Below are positions 58,464 to 64,000 of a stretch of DNA of 64,000 nucleotides, one piece after another. Source of the DNA: Dehalococcoidia bacterium (lineage in GTDB: Bacteria; Chloroflexota; Dehalococcoidia; Lucifugimonadales; UBA3495); the NCBI GenBank assembly GCA_963664375.1, contig OY761449.1, positions 1,547,087 to 1,611,086 of the forward strand, written 5' to 3'. Numbering within the stretch: the stretch's first letter is position 1; the number at the start of each line of letters is the position of its first letter. The translations under genes and the position numbers were made by a program. The notes under the pieces are model-generated. The model had not been told where the DNA came from and ran no database searches. It saw only the letters and a program-made list of their open reading frames with translations.

Positions 58464-60140
58464 ATGCCTGAATTCGATCTTGTGATTCGAGGCGGCACCG
58501 TAATCGACGGCACCGGAATACCCCGCGTGCGCGCCGACCTGGGCATCAAGGACGGCCGCGTGGCGATGATCAGCGGGCGCATCCACAGCGGCGGCGCCAA
58601 TGAAATTGACGCCAGCGGGTGCATTGTCGCGCCCGGCGCCATTGACCTGCACACCCATTACGACGCGCAGCTCAACTGGGACCCGTATGCCTCGCTGTCG
58701 GGCTGGTTCGGCGTGACGTCCCTGACCGTCGGCCAGTGTGGCTTCGGCTTCGCGCCCACGCGCCCGGACGACCGCGACCTGAACATGCGGATGATGAACC
58801 GCATCGAGGCCATTCCGCTGGAGTCCATGCGCCAGGGCATGCGCTGGGACTGGGAGACCTTCCCCGAATACATGGACAGCCTTGACCGACAGGGCCTCGG
58901 CGTCAACGTGGGCTGTCTCGTTCCCTTCTCCCCGCTGCGCGGCTATGTGCTGGGCATGATTCCGGCCCGTGAGCGCACCTCGGTCACCGACGCCGAGCTG
59001 AACCAGATGAAGCAGATTCTCCACGACGCGATGAAGGCCGGCGCATTCGGCATCTCCGCCGACAAGAACCTGGAAGACCGCCCCGAGGACGGCAGTTGGC
59101 TCCCCAGCCACGTCGCCTCCAAAGAGGAGTTCCTGGCGCTGTCGCAGGTGCTTTCCCAGTTCGGCGTCGGGCACCTCGGCTGGACAATCGGCATCTCCGA
59201 CGACCGCGCCGGGCAGCGCGACATGCTGGCCGAGATGGTGCGGATGAGCGGCCGCCCGCTCCATGTGGTGCTGGGCGACGACGAGGGTTACGACTGGCTG
59301 AACCAGGTGCAGGCCGAGGGCCTTCCGGTGCTGGCGCAGCTCGGTCCGGTGCCGACCATTTCCGAGTTCAAGCTGTCCGAGTACAACCTGTTCGACTACA
59401 TGCCCCACTGGGTGCAGCCGCTGGTCGGCACCAAGGAGGAGCGCATCGCCAAGCTGTCCGAGGATGGCGTGCGCGTCGGCATGAAGCAGGACGTTATTGA
59501 CCGTCCACACCCTCGCACCGACTGGACCAGGCTGCAAGTGGTCGAGGTGGCCGAAGAGCGCAACCTGAAGTACGAGGGCCTCAGCATCGCCGACATCGCC
59601 GAGGCCGAGGGCAAGCACCCGCTGGACGCCTTCCTCGACATCGCCCTGGACGAGGACCTGGAGACCGAATTCGCCCATCCCTCCAACAACCGCGGCGACG
59701 ATGTTACGGCGGAGCGGCTGAAGAACCCCTACGTGCACATCTCCGTGTCCGACGGCGGCGCGCACACCCGCTTCCTGGTCAACAGCGTATGGCCGGTCTA
59801 CTTCCTGGGTTCCTGGGTGCGGGACCGGGGGCTGATGTCCCTGGAGCAGGCGCACTACAAGATGAGCGCCCTGCCCGCCTGGTTCTCCGACATGAAGAAC
59901 CGCGGCACGCTGCGGGTTGGCGACTTCGCCGACATCATGGTCTACGACTATGACGAGCTGGGCCTGCTGTACGACAAGCCCCAGTTCGCCACCGACTTCC
60001 CCGGCGGAGAGCGGCGGCTGATCCAGAAGCCGACTGGCATGCGCTACATCCTGGTCAACGGCGCAGTGACCTTCCAGGATAACGAATGCACCGGCGCCCT
60101 GCCCGGCAAGCTCCTCCGCAGCTACGAACAGGTTGCCTAG
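58464..60140 (+). CDS. N-acyl-D-amino-acid deacylase family amidohydrolase, copy 2 (tandem paralog)
   Basis: MPEFDLVIRGGTVIDGTGIPRVRADLGIKDGRVAMI... is collinear with copy 1 over the full length. Confidence 0.85.
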   Translation: MPEFDLVIRGGTVIDGTGIPRVRADLGIKDGRVAMISGRIHSGGANEIDASGCIVAPGAIDLHTHYDAQLNWDPYASLSGWFGVTSLTVGQCGFGFAPTRPDDRDLNMRMMNRIEAIPLESMRQGMRWDWETFPEYMDSLDRQGLGVNVGCLVPFSPLRGYVLGMIPARERTSVTDAELNQMKQILHDAMKAGAFGISADKNLEDRPEDGSWLPSHVASKEEFLALSQVLSQFGVGHLGWTIGISDDRAGQRDMLAEMVRMSGRPLHVVLGDDEGYDWLNQVQAEGLPVLAQLGPVPTISEFKLSEYNLFDYMPHWVQPLVGTKEERIAKLSEDGVRVGMKQDVIDRPHPRTDWTRLQVVEVAEERNLKYEGLSIADIAEAEGKHPLDAFLDIALDEDLETEFAHPSNNRGDDVTAERLKNPYVHISVSDGGAHTRFLVNSVWPVYFLGSWVRDRGLMSLEQAHYKMSALPAWFSDMKNRGTLRVGDFADIMVYDYDELGLLYDKPQFATDFPGGERRLIQKPTGMRYILVNGAVTFQDNECTGALPGKLLRSYEQVA

Positions 60141-60168
60141 CGACTCTTAGGGCACTCGGCAACGCAAA

Positions 60169-60199
60169 AGGGGCGGCCATTTGGCCGCCCCTCTGTTTT
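60169..60199. terminator. bidirectional intrinsic terminator
   Basis: The AGGGGCGGCCA/TGGCCGCCCCT stem is flanked by caaaa upstream and ctgtttt downstream. It lies between convergent genes. Confidence 0.75.
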
Positions 60200-60225
60200 A
60201 GGGAGTCGTAACATTTGAGACTCGG

Positions 60226-60474
60226 CTAGCCGTGCTGGGCTTTTGCTCTCGCCTTCATTGCTTCGAAGAGATGGGGGAAAAGAACTTCGGAGGCGTTGGA
60301 AAGCACGAAGAAGACCACCTCTCCCTCTTCGGTGGTATGCGCCGTAAGATTTTCTGCTACGTCTTCACCGTAGCACGCCTGACGCCCGTTCCCTATGTCG
60401 AGAGTGTCGGTTTCGGCGTCGTAGAAAATGTCCAGTTTTTCCAGCGCAAGCGGTATTGCCTTTTCCCCTTTCAT
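60226..60474 (-). CDS. DUF2283-family small protein (putative antitoxin)
   Basis: 82 aa. KLDIFYDAETDTLDIGNG matches the Y.D.E.D.L.I pattern of DUF2283. It has a 4-nt overlap with the upstream gene. Confidence 0.6.
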   Translation of the reverse strand: MKGEKAIPLALEKLDIFYDAETDTLDIGNGRQACYGEDVAENLTAHTTEEGEVVFFVLSNASEVLFPHLFEAMKARAKAQHG

Positions 60475-60758
60475 GGAATCCCCCAGAGGTTCAGCTTGTT
60501 GCGATCAGGAAAGGCATTGAACAGCCTTCCGTTGTCCACCACGACCCTAAGCCAGCGTCCTTCTTCTCCCCATTCAGGAATGAATCCCCAGTACCTTACC
60601 CTTCCGTTGGGTTCTATCTCCACCCGGTGAGGGTTGGTCAAGACCCGCTCAATCCATTCAGAATCAATTCCGATGTGTTTGAGGCGGGCTCTTTCGGTGT
60701 AGTACCAGTGCGCATTTTCGATTATGCGACGCGCCGCCAAGTGTCTATCTTCGGGCAA
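60471..60758 (-). CDS. DUF4258-family protein (putative toxin)
   Basis: 95 aa. H...R..ERGI-like segment (ARLKHIGIDSEWIERVLTNP) and a WLRVVV core. The DUF4258-DUF2283 pairing is a recurrent TA-like arrangement. Confidence 0.55.
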   Translation of the reverse strand: MPEDRHLAARRIIENAHWYYTERARLKHIGIDSEWIERVLTNPHRVEIEPNGRVRYWGFIPEWGEEGRWLRVVVDNGRLFNAFPDRNKLNLWGIP

Positions 60759-60774
60759 CTAAACTCTCCACGCG

Positions 60775-61143
60775 CTACTCGTCGGGGACCAGCGCCACCA
60801 GGCGGCCCTCCTGCTGGGTTACGAGGAACACCTTCATCCGCAGTTCCGGGTTGTTGAGGCACCGCCCGTCGCCCTTTTCGTACTCGTAGCCGTGGGTGTC
60901 GCAGACGAATACGTCCTCGCCGACGTCCTCCACCTCGCCGCCCTGGTGGGGGCATAGCGTGGACAGCATGCGATAGCCCTCGCTGCCCTTGACCAGGAAG
61001 TAGTTGGCCGATCCTACCTTGACCAGCTTGGGAAGGTGGGCGAATTCGGATTCGTCGCCCAAGTCCACCCGCACCTTCTTGGAGCGGGCCGAACCGCTGA
61101 TCTGCCGCATCGTTATCCTGTTGACCTGCCTCTCAGTCGTCAT
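60775..61143 (-). CDS. Rieske (2Fe-2S) domain protein
   Basis: CPHQGG...(17)...CDTHG is the Rieske ligand pattern. Start taken at MTTERQ. Confidence 0.75.
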   Translation of the reverse strand: MTTERQVNRITMRQISGSARSKKVRVDLGDESEFAHLPKLVKVGSANYFLVKGSEGYRMLSTLCPHQGGEVEDVGEDVFVCDTHGYEYEKGDGRCLNNPELRMKVFLVTQQEGRLVALVPDE

Positions 61144-61293
61144 TTGAGCATTTCCTCGACGCAAAGTTTTGGGCAAGTATAGCAGACTCAAGGACTCGCA
61201 CCCGTGGGCGTTTCCGGGCGTTGACGTAATCGTGGTGATTGATTCGGTTTGCATCTCGTGGCAGAATGTCCGGACTGGTAACAGGAGGTTGCT

Positions 61294-62733
61294 ATGACTA
61301 CTGAAGCCAACTTTGCTGATCGCTACGGACTTCCCCTTACCACAAACTCACAGACCGCCCTGGGTCATTACGCCGAGGGGCTTGATCTCGCGCTTTCCCA
61401 GAACTTCGGGGCCGAAGAAGCCTTTGCCAGCGCAACCGAGGCCGACGACGGCTTTGCGCTCGCCTATGCCGCGCAGGCGTTCCTGGACTTTCTCCGGGTC
61501 AACGTGCCGGAGGCGCGGGCCAACGCCGAGAAAGCCGTGAAGCTGTCCTCCGGGTTGAGCAGCCGCGAACGCGGTTTCGTCGACGTGGTGTCCAAATTCG
61601 TCAATGGGCAGAACCACGCCGCCACCGCCGCCGTGCACGAGCACGTAAAGGAATTCCCCCGGGACGCCTTGATGTTGCGCCTGACCCAGCGGCTCTATAC
61701 CCAGGGCTGCGTGGGCATCGGCGCGCCGGACTATCCGCCCCGGTTCTACAAACTGATGAGCGAGGCGGCGCCGCACTACGGAGAGGACTGGGCTTTTATG
61801 GGCCAGTACTCCTGGGCTAACCACGAGGTTGGCAAGATGGAAGAGGGCATGGACCTGGCCCAGCGTTCGCTGGATCTTAACCCGGAAAACGGCGTGGCCG
61901 CTCACTCCGTGGCCCACGTGTTCTACGAAATGAGCCAGGACGACGAGGGGGCGGCCTTCCTGGGCGGCTGGCTGGAGGACTACGACCGTCGTTCCACTTA
62001 CCGCGTGCATCTGTCCTGGCACCAGGCGCTGTTCGAACTGGCCATGGGCCGCTACAACCAGGCGCTGGGCTGGTACGAGCGGGACATTCGCCCTTCGGTG
62101 CAGGAACTCAAGTACGCGGCCCTGGCCGACAGCGCGTCGCTGGTCTGGCGGATGAAGGTCTACGGAGACGTTTCTCCGCAGGCTCCCTGGAGCGAACTGG
62201 TCGCGCTGGCCGCGCCCGCTGCCGACCGGCCCGGCCCGTCCTTCCGCGACGCCCACGCCGCGCTGGCCTTTACCGCCGCTGGCGACGGCGAGTCCTTCGG
62301 ACGGCTGGTTGATGGTCTCCAGGCCATGGCCGATAACGGCGACGCCACCGCCCGCGAGGCCACGCTGCCCCTGATCAAGGGCATCGGCGCGTTCGGGCAG
62401 GGCGACTACGCCGAGGCGGTGCGCCTGATGGAGCCGGTCTATCCGCAGCTCACCCGTGTCGGCGGCAGCCACGCGCAGCGGCTGGTGTTCGAGGACACGC
62501 TGCTGGAGGCTTACCTGCGGGCCGATGAGTTCGACAAGGCCACCGACATGCTCCGCGAACGGCTGTCCCGCCGCGAGTCCCCGCGCGAGCTCTACTGGCT
62601 GGCGCGCGCCCAGTCAGCGCAGGGCAAGACGGACGAGGCGCAGGGTAACCTGTCCAGCGTCAAGGAACACTGGGCGGAGGCCGACACCAACACCCCGGAG
62701 TACGCCCGCCTGGCGCAACTGGCCGCTGACTAG
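61294..62733 (+). CDS. tetratricopeptide-repeat protein (TTC38-like)
   Basis: 479 aa, all-helical and TPR-like. The overall layout resembles the TTC38 family. Confidence 0.65.
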   Translation: MTTEANFADRYGLPLTTNSQTALGHYAEGLDLALSQNFGAEEAFASATEADDGFALAYAAQAFLDFLRVNVPEARANAEKAVKLSSGLSSRERGFVDVVSKFVNGQNHAATAAVHEHVKEFPRDALMLRLTQRLYTQGCVGIGAPDYPPRFYKLMSEAAPHYGEDWAFMGQYSWANHEVGKMEEGMDLAQRSLDLNPENGVAAHSVAHVFYEMSQDDEGAAFLGGWLEDYDRRSTYRVHLSWHQALFELAMGRYNQALGWYERDIRPSVQELKYAALADSASLVWRMKVYGDVSPQAPWSELVALAAPAADRPGPSFRDAHAALAFTAAGDGESFGRLVDGLQAMADNGDATAREATLPLIKGIGAFGQGDYAEAVRLMEPVYPQLTRVGGSHAQRLVFEDTLLEAYLRADEFDKATDMLRERLSRRESPRELYWLARAQSAQGKTDEAQGNLSSVKEHWAEADTNTPEYARLAQLAAD

Positions 62734-62761
62734 ATTCAGCGAAGGGATGACTGGCATGTAC

Positions 62762-62795
62762 AGGGGCGGGTCGAAAACCCGCCCCTAACTGTTTT
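62762..62795. terminator. bidirectional terminator hairpin between convergent genes
   Basis: The AGGGGCGGGT-cgaaa-ACCCGCCCCT stem is followed by aactgtttt. It overlaps the amidohydrolase stop codon. Confidence 0.6.
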
Positions 62796-64000
62796 CCCAA
62801 ACAACCGAGCCACCGATGACGGTCAATACCGTCTTGATGCCGGGCAGGTTCTCGGCGTCCACGGTCAAGGGGTCGGAGTCCACCAGCGCCAGATCGGCTA
62901 GCTTGCCGGGAACAATGGAGCCTTTTCCCTCATCCATAACTTCCGCCCCTGCGGCTCCGAGGGTGTACATTCGGAGCGCCTGCTCCACGCTCACCGCTTG
63001 TTGGTCAGCGTCCGCCAAGGGCTTCCCGTCGGATGCGCGGCGGGTCACGGCGCTGTAAATCGCGGGCCACGGGTTCGGGTCGATTACCGGAGCATCAGAG
63101 CCGAACGCCGTCGCCACGCCCGCGCGCACGAGGCCGCCTGCCGGATACAGGTGAGGCAGCAGGCGCGGACCGACATTTTCCCGGTATGACATCCCATTGT
63201 AGTAGACGAAACCCGGCTGGGTAACGACCAATGCACCCGACTGGCGTACCGCTGCAATGAGTTCCGGCGTGCCCTCCGCGCAGTGCTCAATGCGGTCGTC
63301 GGCAATGATTCCCTCCCCCTCAGGGGGAGGGTTAGGCCGGGGGTGTGACTTTGCTAGAGAGTTCTTGTTGTCCGCTAGCATGGTTGTGGCCGCTGCGATG
63401 GCATGTTCCTCTATGCAATGAATCGCTACCGGAAAGCCCATTCGGTGCGCATCGACGATCATCTTTTCCAGTTCATCTATCGAGGGGTGGAGCCTGCCCG
63501 ACGTAAGGGTCAGCACTATCTTGGCGTGCCCCAGCCGTAGCGTATCGTCGCCTGAACCGTAACTAAGGCCAGCGTCGGTAAGCTCCTCCAGCCGCCGGAT
63601 TCCGGCGAACATGGTGATCCGGCATGGCAGCGGCCCGTCCGACTGCAATCGCCGGAAGGTATCCCAGCGTTCAATCCCGTTGTCCGCTCCGGCGTCCTGC
63701 ACCGATGTGACGCCGTAGCTTGCCAGCAACAGGCCAGCATCTCGCATTCCGTCGTCAAATTCCCCGGCCTTTCGAATCCTGCCCAGGCGATGGCGCAGGA
63801 ACGACTCGCATTCGAGCATCACCCCAGTCGGCTCGCCGGTCAATTCGTCCCGTTCGATCACACCGCCCGGAGGATCAGGCGTCTCGCGATGGATAGCAGC
63901 GGCTTCCAAGGCCAGGCTGTTCAGGACGGAGGCGTGGCCGCTGCGGTGTTGCAGCCAGACGGGATGGCGGGAGGACGCTGCGTCCAGATCGCGGCGGTCG
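62785..64000 (-). CDS. amidohydrolase-3 (YtcJ-like) metal-dependent hydrolase, 5' end outside window
   Basis: The frame stays open upstream of the listed start to the window edge (...HPVWLQHRSGHASVLNSLALEAAAI...). It carries FPVAIHCIEE, DRIEHC and FGSDAPV motifs. An in-frame REP1-derived insert lies at 63309-63346. Confidence 0.8.
   Translation of the reverse strand, partial: DRRDLDAASSRHPVWLQHRSGHASVLNSLALEAAAIHRETPDPPGGVIERDELTGEPTGVMLECESFLRHRLGRIRKAGEFDDGMRDAGLLLASYGVTSVQDAGADNGIERWDTFRRLQSDGPLPCRITMFAGIRRLEELTDAGLSYGSGDDTLRLGHAKIVLTLTSGRLHPSIDELEKMIVDAHRMGFPVAIHCIEEHAIAAATTMLADNKNSLAKSHPRPNPPPEGEGIIADDRIEHCAEGTPELIAAVRQSGALVVTQPGFVYYNGMSYRENVGPRLLPHLYPAGGLVRAGVATAFGSDAPVIDPNPWPAIYSAVTRRASDGKPLADADQQAVSVEQALRMYTLGAAGAEVMDEGKGSIVPGKLADLALVDSDPLTVDAENLPGIKTVLTVIGGSVVWENS
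63309..63346 (-). repeat. REP1-like element inside the amidohydrolase CDS (in frame)
   Basis: ttccctccccctcagggggagggttaggccgggggtg is translated on the minus strand as HPRPNPPPEGEGI. Confidence 0.65.

Noticed and set aside
8817-63346. REP1 copies as a possible CRISPR array
   Set aside because: The copies are dispersed over 55 kb in both orientations with no regular spacing and no cas genes. Only the 23.7-23.9 kb cluster has adjacent copies, and those are irregular and degenerate.

Overview
High-GC, densely coding bacterial chromosomal window with about 69 protein genes and no rRNA, tRNA or CRISPR array. A T-box leader, an F420-type LLM oxidoreductase and a selenoprotein suggest Chloroflexota-like ancestry, but that is weak inference only. 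Housekeeping genes include rpmB, rpe, argH, uvrC, a XerC/D-type recombinase, folB, polA, Mrp/DUF59 Fe-S carriers, pckA, metG and a polyprenyl synthase. A minus-strand ilvB-ilvN-ilvC-(Uma2)-leuA operon sits behind a readable sigma70-like promoter and a T-box leader with a putative Leu CUC specifier. A catabolic block at 43.7-60.1 kb looks like the N-methylglutamate route for methylamine: GATase, GXGXG and FMN glutamate-synthase-like trio, a GS-like ligase and a sarcosine-oxidase-like delta/alpha/gamma/beta tetramer. It is followed by an amidase and two tandem D-aminoacylase-like paralogs. More A/T-rich accessory modules are scattered between these: hicBA, two vapBC-like pairs, mazF-like, DUF4258/DUF2283, a PIN plus antitoxin-like pair, three retropepsin-like genes, two Uma2 genes and a decayed DUF4268 gene. 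The main findings are as follows. (1) A translationally coupled ABC-type ATPase (DUF3696-like) plus PIN-like nuclease pair on an AT-richer islet is a candidate defence system. (2) A peroxiredoxin split in the ORF track is intact if an in-frame TGA at the peroxidatic-Cys position encodes selenocysteine. (3) A 172-173 bp MITE with 25-bp terminal inverted repeats and 8-bp target-site duplications occurs in three copies, and its ~40-bp core is found in both orientations. (4) Several REP-like hairpin families are present, two copies of which lie in frame inside enzyme genes. All calls rest on reading the translations and the DNA by eye. No database search or RNA folding was run.
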